DNA of 61,746 nt, filler included, from Globobulimina sp. (taxonomy: Eukaryota), in assembly GCA_003354225.1 (NCBI GenBank). It is 19 parts of 19 records of this genome, joined end to end, with 100 filler letters (N's around TTAATTAATTAA, not from the genome) between each part and the next. Parts side by side here need not be neighbours in the genome. Positions count along the whole stretch, not along the records: positions 13,035 to 16,191 come from PIVH01003561.1; positions 16,292 to 19,448 come from PIVH01003562.1; positions 19,549 to 22,705 come from PIVH01003563.1; positions 22,806 to 25,961 come from PIVH01003564.1; 15 more parts are not named here. One strand, 5' to 3'. The notes below the pieces were generated by a model. The model made no database searches. It had not been told where the DNA came from and was given only the letters and a program-made list of their open reading frames with translations. Made by a program: the position numbers and the translations under genes. Shown in pieces: positions 13,280 through 24,881 of the stretch; position 1 is the stretch's first letter, and every line of letters begins with the position of its first letter.

Positions 13280-15466
13280 TTAATACTGTTGTCTTCGATC
13301 TCTCCCTCTATGTATCCTGATGGGAGAACCACTCAATTGATTACATACTAAATTCCCATTCATTTCCATCGATTCAGATTGTACATAAACATCAAAATAT
13401 ATTTGCAATTTATAGATCATCATTGATAACAACAAATGTTTATTTTTCTCAGTCACATATTCATTAAAATCTCCATTCAATTTTATCTCAATATTCTTAC
13501 AAGCATTTACAAAATAATTCCTCTCCTTTTTTTTAATATGTTTATTAAAAATGTCCTTCACATAAAACAACGGTGCTTTGTCCGAATACGCCGCCATAAT
13601 TTCAACCAAACAATTCAATGAATATGGCACTCTCTCCAACACCACTCGGAAATACGTACTATACGCATTTATCCTCAATTTCTTATCCGTAATCAATGCA
13701 AATGACACAATTCTATTCACCGGAAACATTTTATTATCCTCAAATGCTTTCTTTATTATATTTTGCATAAATAATGCACACTTATTCCCATCCATCAAAT
13801 GTTTAATTTGCTGCTGTAACGAAATGCGACTTTCCTTCCTTTCCTTCAATGCATGTTCCAATGTCTGTAAATTAATAATTTCTCTTTTTTTATCCGCCGT
13901 AGTGCACCGATTAAATATATACGAACCGGCCACTTCCTGCGCCCATGAAAAAGCGGAAAAAAACGGCACCAAACTACCATTGGCCAATAACCGCTGTTCC
14001 CTCAATAAAACAGGCAATTCAATCATAGTATGCCCCGCAAATAGCTCTTGAAATATATTTGGATCCTCGTATTTCCACTCATTATCCCCATTTGCAATGT
14101 TTCTCTGTCTCTGCACAGACACTAATATTAAATTATATGTACTGCAGTACACAAACTCCAATGCAATGCCAATTTTTTTGAACTGCACACTCAATTTCAT
14201 GCCATCGATCATCTGATTCAGCGCCGTACTCATCGCATTATGTTCCTTTTGTTCTTTCTCCGGATCCTGTTTCTTGTCTGAATTGTTGTTATTGGATTCA
14301 TTTTTATTTTTGCTGCTGCTGTTACTCCGCGACCTATATTTCTTACTGCTGCTTTTCTCCCTATTTTTATCTTTTTTTTCTTTATCTTTGCTGCTTTTAT
14401 TGCTGCTCCGCGTCCTTTTCCTTGGTGGTTCTTGTGATATTAATCCAATTTCACCATCTTCTAAATGGGAATGCGAATTATCACTGTTTGAGCTCTCATG
14501 TTTGCTGTGTGGTTGTGGTGATTTATCGGTTTTTTTGAGCTCTTTGTATTTCCTTTTGCCTAATACCGATATTTTATTATTTTTATTCTTTGCTTTTTTC
14601 ACAATAACCATGTCATTGTTGCTTCGTTTGCTGATTTTAATTTCAATGTTTGTGGCTAATATCTGATTGCAATGTATTTGCGTAATAAATGACTGATAAA
14701 TGGCAAACAACGGAGAAGGCAGTGCGTCAATTTCTTGCTCATTCGGATATATCATCGATTGAGGTAAATTCATATATGTTTGTAATGGTAATATTGCATT
14801 GAACACATTGCTTATTTTTGATTGTAAATTATTTACAAATTTCTTTTTTTCAGCCAATTCGGTGCTTAATGTCATTACGTTTTGGGTGATTTGCCTCAAA
14901 TTTGATTGCAATCTGTCAAATAATTTGGTGCGAGGATTTTATTTGTAATGCAATGCAATTTAATGAATGATACTAAACTGTTTTCGTTGTTGTAATTCAT
15001 ATCGTAATCGAAGTGTTTTCTCTTTATGGATATCATCGATTGGTTGTGTAATTTGTGGATTATTTCGATAAAATTCTTGTTTATCCACCAATATTGGTTG
15101 ATTTTTATGCGATTGATAGTCGGTACAAATGGCAATTTGTTTTAATGTGTCAACTTGCTCATATTCAAAGTTTTTAACTCCTAATGACCGATTATCGACA
15201 TGTTTACATAAATCATTCAAGTCGTTTTGGAATGCTTCTCTCCGTTTTAATGAGTTATGTTTTAATGAGGATAAATAGGTAAACATTTTACAAGTTTCAT
15301 CGTATAACTTATCAACTTCTTGTTTGGCTTTTTCACGATCGGCGCCGTGTTTGGAAAGTAAATTTTCTTTCTGCTTTGCCATTAGTTTAATATTTGCACG
15401 TAATTTGGCATTTAAATCTGTAAATTCACTCCATTGCTTTGCGACATCCTCCGATTGCGACGCCAT
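13280..15466 (-). CDS. THOC5: THO complex subunit 5 (FMIP family); intron 14913-14978
   Basis: YEQVDTLKQIAICTDYQS..LVDKQEFY, RLRYELQQRK, LPSPLFAIY and C-terminal RGRDRR match THOC5 conserved blocks; a 66-nt GT-AG intron joins the two ORFs in frame. Confidence 0.8.
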
Positions 15467-15518
15467 TCTACGTTGACTGGTCACTACTCACTATTCGAAA
15501 TGGTTTAATTTGTATATA

Positions 15519-16191
15519 ATGGCAGCACCCTCTTTGGTGAACTCAATTAAATTACGCTCTTTAGTTGATCAATTAAACAATGTAGAATTTACTCAATTTC
15601 TTAGTGAACTCGTGCATCTGTGTGGTCGTAATATAATATTAACTCCGTTATTCCATAAATTAACTGCATCATCACAAACAGCATTAACCCAAATCCAGCC
15701 GGATATAATTGAAAATATTGTTGAGATTACACGTAATATTATTAGATCAAGAAAAGATGAGCCACAAAAAACAATTAGCACTCCAACATTCAATTCACTC
15801 TCTGGCAATTTAATCGGTGAACTCGCATCGTATTTAAAACATAATGATTATATATCTTTCAGCAAAGTAAACCGTGCAGCAATGATACATTGCAATACTC
15901 CAAATACATTACGTTGTCTTGATATTCCCGACAATGAATCATTTGATTTACAAAGATATCCATCAATAAATCGCTTACATTTTTCTTTGAAGCTATTTGA
16001 TAAATTACGATTGCCAGAAAACACTGTTGTAAACAATTTACAACATTTACATTTATATTGTCGTGGTGCGGATGTAAGCCATATACAGGCATTTATGAAT
16101 CAGAATTTTATTAATTTGAATAATATTAAATCATTATCCCTCAATTTTGTATGGAGCGGTGATGCTGCGTTGTGGAGAAAGATATTATTAA
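15519..16191 (+). CDS. Hypothetical protein with F-box-like segment and LRR-like C-terminal part, 3' truncated
   Basis: FNSLSGNLIGELASYLKHNDYISFSKVNR resembles an F-box; followed by LxxLxL repeats. Confidence 0.5.
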
Positions 16192-16291
16192 NNNNNNNNN
16201 NNNNNNNNNNNNNNNNNNNNNNNNNNNNNNNNNNNTTAATTAATTAANNNNNNNNNNNNNNNNNNNNNNNNNNNNNNNNNNNNNNNNNNNN

Positions 16292-18008
16292 AAAGCTGTT
16301 GCAGTGTCAGGCTGTAATGGCAATGTATCCATAAACGTTTCATCTGTTGGCGTGAAAAATGCTGTACTGAATTGTCGTTTGATGCTGTTAATACTTGACA
16401 TTTTTTGACGAAATGCCTGCTGTTCCTGTACTTGTAAAGTCAATGCTAATGAAGTATGACCAGGACTGATATCACTAGTTTTATAAAAGAAAATAGATTC
16501 ACCAACTTTGATATTTTGTAATGTTACAATCCATCCAATATTAAGAAAATCAGCGTGTAATTGAGTTGTGACTTGATCACAAACGTTGAATGGTATAAAT
16601 TTGGTATGAAAACAAAACTGAATTTTTACAAATGACGTTGATGATTGAATTGCATATGACGACAAATTATGATATAGAAATTTTGTGATTGTTTCTGAAA
16701 ATGTAAATTTGTTTGGTAGATACATTTTTACTTCCTTCAAATTATAGAACATTTTGCTCAATAGACTCATATCTAACATTGTATATGATTTATCCATACA
16801 CATTCCATGAAACTCGTTTTGGAATCGCACCATATCAACAACAACACGAATAACTTTACTGCAGCGGAAATTAAATAAACCATAAATATATTCTGGTATC
16901 GATTTATCTTTCACACTTTGATCACATTGATATTCGATAAGAGATGCTAATATTTTGATTTTGTCTTTCTCATTTTCAACAAAACTCTGTTGATTGCGAA
17001 CTGCTGCAAAAAAACATTCCATTGACGATATAGAGGCTTTATAATCATCAAATCCATTCTCATTTGTGTCGCTCATAACATTTATATTTTTGATTCTCAA
17101 CGCAGCAAAACCACCAATTAATAGAAACTCCTGTTCCATCGGGTAATTACTTAAAAAACAATCAAAATAAAATGCATTTTTTACATGCTTTCCAATCTCA
17201 AAAACCATTCCGCTATGACCTAACATATGAGCAAAATATGTATACATTGGAATATTATTTAGAGGAACATATTAACTTAACCAGCAAATCGAGCAGCTAC
17301 TAATAGGCTTTTCGTTGTTGACGTAGGAGCATAGAATCTTGCTATCATTTTGGCGAAATACAATGGACGATCAATCCCATGATATAATGTCACGGTTTTA
17401 TCAAATAATGCAGTACCAAATACTTGCACAGTTTCTCTGAGTAACCTACCAAAATGATAATAATGGCTGTGTCTGCACTTAAATTCATCATCGGATTCCT
17501 TGGCCAATCGACGATACGTAGAAGAAAAAACTCTTTGTAACTCATCAGTGTTACAATAGAATAAAATAGAGAGTAAGTGATGCATCGTAATCTGTATATT
17601 TTCTTTGATTTCATATTGACGCTGAAACGCATTATTGGATCGCAATGATTTCACTCTATTGTCGGTTTCTAGTCTATCCCTTGCATTTTGATACTCATTG
17701 TGCCACATAATTGGACCAACTTTACATAAATCGTTACACAATAATTCCTCTTTGAGATTTGTATATTTCTTGGGAATGAACCATTTGTGATGTCGATAAT
17801 AATTCCAATAAAAAAAACCCTGACCAAAATTATATGCTTCGTTTTCCTTCGTTTCTGCTTTTGGCATTACTTCCAGTGGTATGTTACGCGTAGTGTTTGT
17901 TTCATTTGTGATGAATCGATTTCTGCGTTGATCAGATAATAAATTGCGTTCATTTAATGGTTTCTTGGGAAGAGATGGCTTCTGGTTTTCAGTTTTAGGT
18001 TCAGCCAT
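16292..18008 (-). CDS. ADP-ribosyltransferase-like (ART-fold) protein; intron 17220-17281; 3' truncated
   Basis: Spliced product has LYHG ... PTSTTKSLLVAARFAGHSGMVFEI ... SNYPMEQEFLLIGG, the R/H - STS/STT - ExE arrangement of ARTC/VIP2-type ARTs. Confidence 0.7.
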
Positions 18009-18039
18009 GCCACTGATGTGCTGTCCAATGTTTTTATGC
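17943..18039 (-). repeat. Duplicated 5' module, copy A (upstream sequence plus first 22 codons of the ART gene)
   Basis: Near-identical to 19345-19448; encodes MAEPKTENQKPSLPKKPLNERN. Confidence 0.95.
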
Positions 18040-18131
18040 TCTCTGACTCAAAGGCTTGATGTTGGGGTTGTTCACAATGTCACTTGCAAATATCGACTTA
18101 TTTAAAGTTGTATATATAACATGGCGAGATA

Positions 18132-19410
18132 TTATACTGATACATAATTGGTGTTTCCTTCAAGCTGATTCATTTTATTTTGTGTTTCTTTCCTAATACC
18201 AATTGCTTTTAATATTTGTTTCCTATCAAAATGCTTCAAAATACCAATTTCCTTCAAATCCTCTGCATTTAAATCATATAAAGCCTCAACAGATTCATAT
18301 CCATTTTCAATGAACAAATCATAATATATTTCACAATTAATATCTTCCAAAAACAATCTCAAAATCTCCTGTTTTGACAATGTTTTATTATTTACATCCA
18401 ATGCAGCTATTTTAGCATTCATTTCATTCATCCTTTCTTTCATTTTACTCATTTCATCCATAATATCATTATCATCATTTTCCTTTTTCTCCTCCAATAA
18501 CTGCGTCAATTTATCATTCAACAATTTCATTGCTTCATCCTTTTGTTTATTAAACTGCAATAATTTTTGTATTGTATTATTCATTGCGTTTACGTCATTA
18601 CGCAACGCTTCAATCTTCCCATCATATTCAGTCATTTCTTTTTTCTGTTCATCATTAACATTAATATTATGATGAACCCATAAATAATTATGTTGTTTAT
18701 CCGATGATGGATATACTTTGCACACATTTTGTGTGTACAAATCCCGATCTTCCTGCTCAAAACAACAAAAAATAATACCCTGAATACTATCTAATAAACC
18801 AGCATCACCTAAGTCGCATAACCATGCTTTCACAGTCTCCAATGCTATGCAACATGCTGTGGATTTACTGAATGAACCAAAACCAGTTCCAATGCATGGA
18901 AATACCACAGTTCTAATACCATTTTCAATGCATAAATCTAAACTGGTCACATAACATGATTTCAAAAAATTATCTGAGTCACCTACACAGTGTATAATTA
19001 ATATTAAGTTACTGCAAACAATTTAATTTATAATTATATATAAAGTATTCTTAACGTGGTGGAACTGTATGTAACACGTATTTTGCTTTTAAATTAAATG
19101 CAGAAGTTATCACAGTTTGGCCAATTGGCACTTGATTGTTGCTTACTTTATCAGTGATTGCTTTACATTCTTGTTGCAATTTATCAGAACCGGCTTCGCG
19201 AAATAGCAGACCTGAAACACCTTCCGTTCCAGTGAGAGATCTGTTTGCTGGATTTACAATCGCTTCAACTCTCTCCACTGCGGTGACACTTCCATGATAT
19301 AAGAATACTTTTGATGCTAATTTATCAGCCAATTGTGGGTTGATGTTCCGTTCATTTAATGGTTTCTTTGGAAGTGATGGCTTCTGGTTTTCAGTTTTAG
19401 GTTCTGCCAT
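18132..19410 (-). CDS. Macrodomain + coiled coil + SAM-domain protein; intron 18983-19055
   Basis: EAIVNPANRSLTGTEGVSG, GQTVITSAFNLKAKYVLHTVPP and VFPCIGTG (macro); FLEDINCEIYYDLFIENGYESVEALYDLNAEDLKEIGI (SAM); 73-nt GT-AG intron restores the frame. Confidence 0.88.
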
Positions 19411-19448
19411 GCCGTGCCACTGATGCGTTGTCGAATGTTTTTATATGC
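19345..19448 (-). repeat. Duplicated 5' module, copy B (upstream sequence plus first 22 codons of the macro gene)
   Basis: Near-identical to 17943-18039. Confidence 0.95.
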
Positions 19449-20108
19449 NNNNNNNNNNNNNNNNNNNNNNNNNNNNNNNNNNNNNNNNNNNNTTAATTAA
19501 TTAANNNNNNNNNNNNNNNNNNNNNNNNNNNNNNNNNNNNNNNNNNNNAATAATAAATGTTTCCAAGATAAGATTCATCCGATAATCAAGTCATGCGATG
19601 ACGATGAAAGACAAAAAAAAATAGATGTACAGATAAATGAATATCGGATTATGAATCGTAATGGAAATGTAACCAGAAAAACAGAGTCATTTCCGGTGAC
19701 CATCGCAAAACAACATCTATAAAATGTATAATTATATTATTGTTTTTTTTAATTTATGTGTAATTAAATTGTTGTATGATCGCAGATATTGTTCTATAGT
19801 GTTTTGTAATTGTATGTGTTTTGTAAATTGTTTCATATTGTTTTAATTTGTAATTTTAATTGTTTTGTAGCATATTGTAAATTGTTATATATTGTATAAT
19901 AATCCACAATGAAGATTAGCTAAATGGTTGTGACTGCATATGTAGTGTACACGTGATCGGATTGCAAATGTTGCTGTACCTTACACATCGACCCTGATAA
20001 GCAAACACAACACAGAAATATTGAATATTATCATCCATTTTTACAATTAATTATAAACACATAAATACAGTCAAGATATACAGAGTCAATTATTGCGTTG
20101 ATAACAAT

Positions 20109-22442
20109 TTATTGCTTATAGTGATAAAGTGATCGATCATTTTGATCTCTTTCTAAAAAGTCTTGATCTATTAATGAAAGAATACGTTTTTTGATGAGAC
20201 TAGGTTTTGGATTAAATCTTTGAATTAATTGCTTAACGACTTGTGTAATGAGGTCGCGATGCGACAACACCTTCCTTGTCTTCATAAGTCGAACAATGGC
20301 GGCATCCATTTGGTGTCTTCGCAATGTTAATATTTTGGGATCGATTTTATTCACATCAATGTTTTGATTCCTTTTTAACGATAAGATCGGAATAATTATT
20401 CTTGTTTTGGGGTTATTATAGTTTGGATTTATTTGAAATTTATGATTATCGCACAATTCCTTCGTATTTGGTGCCTTTCTTAAAATTCTAATCTTTGGAT
20501 GGGCCATACTTAAAACAGCAACTTGCAATTCGTCGCTTGGAATATTTGATAAATCCTTCATCTCTTTAAATGTGATGGTTTTCTTATTATTAAACAACAG
20601 CAATATTAGCATTTGATATGTAGAAACAACCAATGTTTTGCGTATGTTTGTATTAAATGCGACTTGTATGTCTGCTCTGCCTTTGTCCATTTGGTACCTT
20701 AGTTTCCTGCCACTAAATCTTGACAAATAATATGATTTAAACGCATCGCACACAACACCAAGCTCCGCGTACTGCATTTTAACAGGAATTATTGCCGCAT
20801 CTGGCCAGGCCCCGGTAGTACATATCGATACTTGTAATTCACATTCGTTTCCATTCGAATTCCAATTCATATTTCTCTCCCTAAACGAGTTAAATCCAGC
20901 CATTAATTCCTTTGATGTCTGAATGTCTTTAAACATATCTTCTAACTTACTCGTCCAGTAATATCCAGCATCATTTTTTAATTTGCCAATCATAGACCTT
21001 TCCGATTGTTCCGAAGAAGACAAATGTTGCAATAACCTGCTGGCTAAATAAAACTGATAATCCCTTTCGAAGATGTCTTTGTCGCTAATATAACCATATA
21101 ACATCACAACGTGATCCATTGTGCTCTCTAAGCTTGCACTTCTTGTCGATAATTTGCTTGTTTTCTTCAATAAGTCGTTGGCGTATCGCGCCAATAATGC
21201 AGACACATAATATTCTCTGTTTATAAACGTTTCAAATGCTTCTTTCAATGCTGTATGAAATATTCCTTCTGACTCAAGCTCAGTGTTGACAATATTTAAA
21301 AATCTATCATGCAAATTAATTAATTGCGCGATCAATTCATGTGCATCTGTGTTACTTTTCGATTTCTCAATAAAAGTATCTCCCAAATTCGTGATATGTA
21401 CACATAGCGCTTCCGCAATTTTATGGTTTCCAGCTGGTACTGACGAATATAATCTGTGTGCTGTGGATAACTCTTCCTTTGCATACTTTGCATCGGTACC
21501 AATGGTTCTATTTAAAATGGAATGAATTCCAGACTTTTTCACGAATAGCAATTCATTTTGATGCACATTTAATATTTCTTCCCTCACTGCATTCATTAAA
21601 CCACTCTCTGAATATTTGTCAATGTACACAGCTAAACGTAACTGTTCATTCGTGATGCAGTTCTCTGCAAATCTTAAATACTTTGGACATGATAAAACAT
21701 CTAATTGTGCTCTACTTTTCTGTTTATAATATTGTTTTGTTTCAGAAAGCAAATATTTATCAAACTCATCCTTGTAAATTGACAATTCGACTTTTTTTAA
21801 TTTGTTTCCTAATTCCACAAATACCAAAATCGAGTCACGTAATAAATCTCTATCTTGTTCTTCATCATTTCGTTCCTTTTCAATGCAGTGTAATATGGCT
21901 TTTCTCGCGGTTTCTTTAAATTGTTCAAATATTATCTCTCTGTACAGTGTATATGCTCTATTGGTGGTATTTAATAAATTGTCACTATTTGGCACATAAA
22001 ACCTATCCAAATACATAAACATTCGCCTCATTCCAATGACATTCCATTTGTTATATTTCCATCGTTTTTTCCATTCTTTTAAGGAAACGTTTGTTGATTC
22101 GTTTTTTTTGCATAATAATGATGGGATAAATTTGTTTCTGTATTGGTCAGTTAATGCTAATGAATGTTTCTCATACAGTTTGGATGAAAAATTATATGGT
22201 TCTCGCTGCGTACACAATGTAAATATGGTGTCGTACACTTCAATGTATTGTTGGGTATCAATGGATATTTTCTGCAGTTTATCCTCGTTATCCATACTTT
22301 CTACTCTTTCGAAAAATGGTTGAATGCCTACTGTATTTATTTTATTCCATCCTTCCGTGAATTGAATAGTTTTTGCTTTACCATCGCTTGATTTGGTCTT
22401 CTTTTTTGATGACCGCTTCTTTTTTTTACGTCTTTTGCTCAT
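20109..22442 (-). CDS. Cullin (CUL1-like), intronless
   Basis: FMYLDRFYV, DKDIFERDYQFYLASRLL, TSKLEDMFKDI, neddylation motif MDAAIVRLMKTRK, C-terminal LIDQDFLERD. Confidence 0.95.
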   Translation of the reverse strand: MSKRRKKKKRSSKKKTKSSDGKAKTIQFTEGWNKINTVGIQPFFERVESMDNEDKLQKISIDTQQYIEVYDTIFTLCTQREPYNFSSKLYEKHSLALTDQYRNKFIPSLLCKKNESTNVSLKEWKKRWKYNKWNVIGMRRMFMYLDRFYVPNSDNLLNTTNRAYTLYREIIFEQFKETARKAILHCIEKERNDEEQDRDLLRDSILVFVELGNKLKKVELSIYKDEFDKYLLSETKQYYKQKSRAQLDVLSCPKYLRFAENCITNEQLRLAVYIDKYSESGLMNAVREEILNVHQNELLFVKKSGIHSILNRTIGTDAKYAKEELSTAHRLYSSVPAGNHKIAEALCVHITNLGDTFIEKSKSNTDAHELIAQLINLHDRFLNIVNTELESEGIFHTALKEAFETFINREYYVSALLARYANDLLKKTSKLSTRSASLESTMDHVVMLYGYISDKDIFERDYQFYLASRLLQHLSSSEQSERSMIGKLKNDAGYYWTSKLEDMFKDIQTSKELMAGFNSFRERNMNWNSNGNECELQVSICTTGAWPDAAIIPVKMQYAELGVVCDAFKSYYLSRFSGRKLRYQMDKGRADIQVAFNTNIRKTLVVSTYQMLILLLFNNKKTITFKEMKDLSNIPSDELQVAVLSMAHPKIRILRKAPNTKELCDNHKFQINPNYNNPKTRIIIPILSLKRNQNIDVNKIDPKILTLRRHQMDAAIVRLMKTRKVLSHRDLITQVVKQLIQRFNPKPSLIKKRILSLIDQDFLERDQNDRSLYHYKQ

Positions 22443-22885
22443 TTCAAAGATGCTTAAAAATTCTTAAGTCGTTGAAAATCGTGGTCAAATATAATAGAAA
22501 GCAGTTAAATATCAGTCAATATCTTGTGTTTTATCATCATCATAATAATTCTGGTGAGAATTGATTTTTTTGTTAAGTTTGATGAATAAATCAATCTCTC
22601 TTTTAAGTGATTTATTGTCAAACAAATACAATACAGTCGGTTTTTCATTTGTGATTGGTGATTTATTGTGATTTTTTAAATAATTTTTAATTGCATCTCT
22701 CTCATNNNNNNNNNNNNNNNNNNNNNNNNNNNNNNNNNNNNNNNNNNNNTTAATTAATTAANNNNNNNNNNNNNNNNNNNNNNNNNNNNNNNNNNNNNNN
22801 NNNNNTGAAAAACATTTTTAATTTTAGAAAATATGAGTACAATACGTGAACAGTTGTATGATAAAACATTGCAACAGATTTTTTT

Positions 22886-24577
22886 CTATTTATTATCTTC
22901 GAAAGATATCTTTGAAATGCTTTCTAAACTTTCATTGCTTTGCGATTCACCTAAATGTCTTTCATTTCGTTGTATAATTTTATATATTTTCTGCATTGTT
23001 TTAGTATGTTTTGTTTGAATGATATTTATAAAATTAATGCATGCGCACTGTTCATCAATATCAAACATATCACTTTCTTTTAAATTTATGAATTCATCGC
23101 GATCTATTAACTCTTTTGCAGTGGCGCGATTTAAAAGGTTTATTTCTAAACATTTTGCTATAAATGTATTGATATATTGGTTATCCATTTGAGGGATTTT
23201 AATGTCCTCAACATTAGTTTTTAACATTTCAGAGTATTCCCTTGGTTTTACATCATAATATATTGGTTGACATGTTAGCATTTCTATAGTGGTAACACCT
23301 AAACTCCAAATATCGTGAGCATATAAATCAGATGGCGATGTACATGCTCTTTGAAATATTTCTGGCGGCATCCAATGCACTGTTCCTCCCACACATTTCT
23401 TAGCATTTTTTATCTCTTTTACGAAAACACAAGACCCAAAATCTGCTAATTTTATATCATTTGATGCGCAGATCAATATATTCCGCCCTTTAATATCACG
23501 ATGAACAATTTGTATCGAATGCAAATATTTTATTGCAGATAGTAATTGTTTTACATATTTCCTGGTTGTAATTAGATCCAATCTGCCAAACTGTTTTAAT
23601 ATTTGCGATACGTTGCCGATATTACAATATTCCATAAACATTAAGATAGAATAATTACAAACAGCAGAACCGTAAAAGTTTACAATGTTTGGATGATTTA
23701 AATCCACTAAAATCTTCATTTCATAATAAATTGATTTGCATTCTTTAGTTGGAATGTTCTGTCCATTGTCATCAATTTCGAAATTGGCACGTTTTACAGC
23801 GTATAATTTCACATTGGCCGCATCTAATTTGCACGCAGTGAATGATGCATCGTCACTTAAAATTATTTCTTTTATTAATTGAGTCATTGTTTGTTTTTGT
23901 TTTGGTTGCGATTGCACATATTTTAGCATTGGCTTTTGCTCCAAATCTATGCATAAGTGAACATAGCCAAATCTACCTTTACCTAATAAGTCGCTTAACA
24001 GCCATCGTCTGGTCGGGGATGTTATAGATTGTGTTGTCTCTATAATATAATCGTCATAAATATTTGGAATATTTGCAATGTTGGAACACAAAGAATTATT
24101 CACATTATAATTAATTAATGATGGACTGCTAAATGGTTTTTGTCTTTGTATTGTATTATAAACTGATAATTGATTTATATCAATTCTTAACTCATTCACA
24201 TTATTATTTGTATTATTTGTAAGATTTATGTTGTTGTCTGATGAAAACACGTAAATCAATGCAAACACTAACAATAATATTATAAAAATGCAAATAAGTC
24301 CGAAAGTAATCCATAAAATATGTAACCAGTGGTTGTCTAATGTATTTCGCAAACTATAATCCAATTCCTGATCGCAAGAATCTGCGAGACTGTCATTTGC
24401 AAAAAACAAAAAATCGCCACTTTCACTTGACTCGTGATCGTGATCGCTATCATGTGCAGCAGGAAACACATGGACAAAACCCATGGTAGTCGGCGAGTGT
24501 AATACGCCGCTTTTAGTTATTCCTGATCCATTCTTGATGGCGACACAGATAGTTAGGAATAAATTAATCAGCAGCAT
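22886..24577 (-). CDS. Ser/Thr kinase, STE/MAP3K-like, with putative signal peptide and one TM helix
   Basis: LGKGRFG, YAVKR, HPNIVNFYG, HRDIKGRNIL, KLADFG, GTVHWMPPE, DIWSLG; hydrophobic N-terminus and segment ILWITFGLICIFIILLLVFALIYVF. Confidence 0.88.
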   Translation of the reverse strand: MLLINLFLTICVAIKNGSGITKSGVLHSPTTMGFVHVFPAAHDSDHDHESSESGDFLFFANDSLADSCDQELDYSLRNTLDNHWLHILWITFGLICIFIILLLVFALIYVFSSDNNINLTNNTNNNVNELRIDINQLSVYNTIQRQKPFSSPSLINYNVNNSLCSNIANIPNIYDDYIIETTQSITSPTRRWLLSDLLGKGRFGYVHLCIDLEQKPMLKYVQSQPKQKQTMTQLIKEIILSDDASFTACKLDAANVKLYAVKRANFEIDDNGQNIPTKECKSIYYEMKILVDLNHPNIVNFYGSAVCNYSILMFMEYCNIGNVSQILKQFGRLDLITTRKYVKQLLSAIKYLHSIQIVHRDIKGRNILICASNDIKLADFGSCVFVKEIKNAKKCVGGTVHWMPPEIFQRACTSPSDLYAHDIWSLGVTTIEMLTCQPIYYDVKPREYSEMLKTNVEDIKIPQMDNQYINTFIAKCLEINLLNRATAKELIDRDEFINLKESDMFDIDEQCACINFINIIQTKHTKTMQKIYKIIQRNERHLGESQSNESLESISKISFEDNK

Positions 24578-24881
24578 GTAGCATTGGTTTTAAATTTGTT
24601 CCGTGCAATGTTAATTGATTATTTTTGTAAATGTGTTTTAGCAGTGATAGCATGTCCGAATTTGCGTGAATTAAACTTCCTTGAAACATGAAGCTGCACA
24701 TTGCCACAAGTATTCAAATACATGGAGTGCCAAAAAAAAAACTTTTTGGAGGAATATTCACGAAGTGAGCTAGGAGCAGAAAAGGAAATGCTGAAATCTA
24801 TACAACAAAACAATGCACGACCTGCTAATCAATGTTAACTGAAAAAAAAATAATAAAAAAAAAAATAACAATGCTTGTTTT

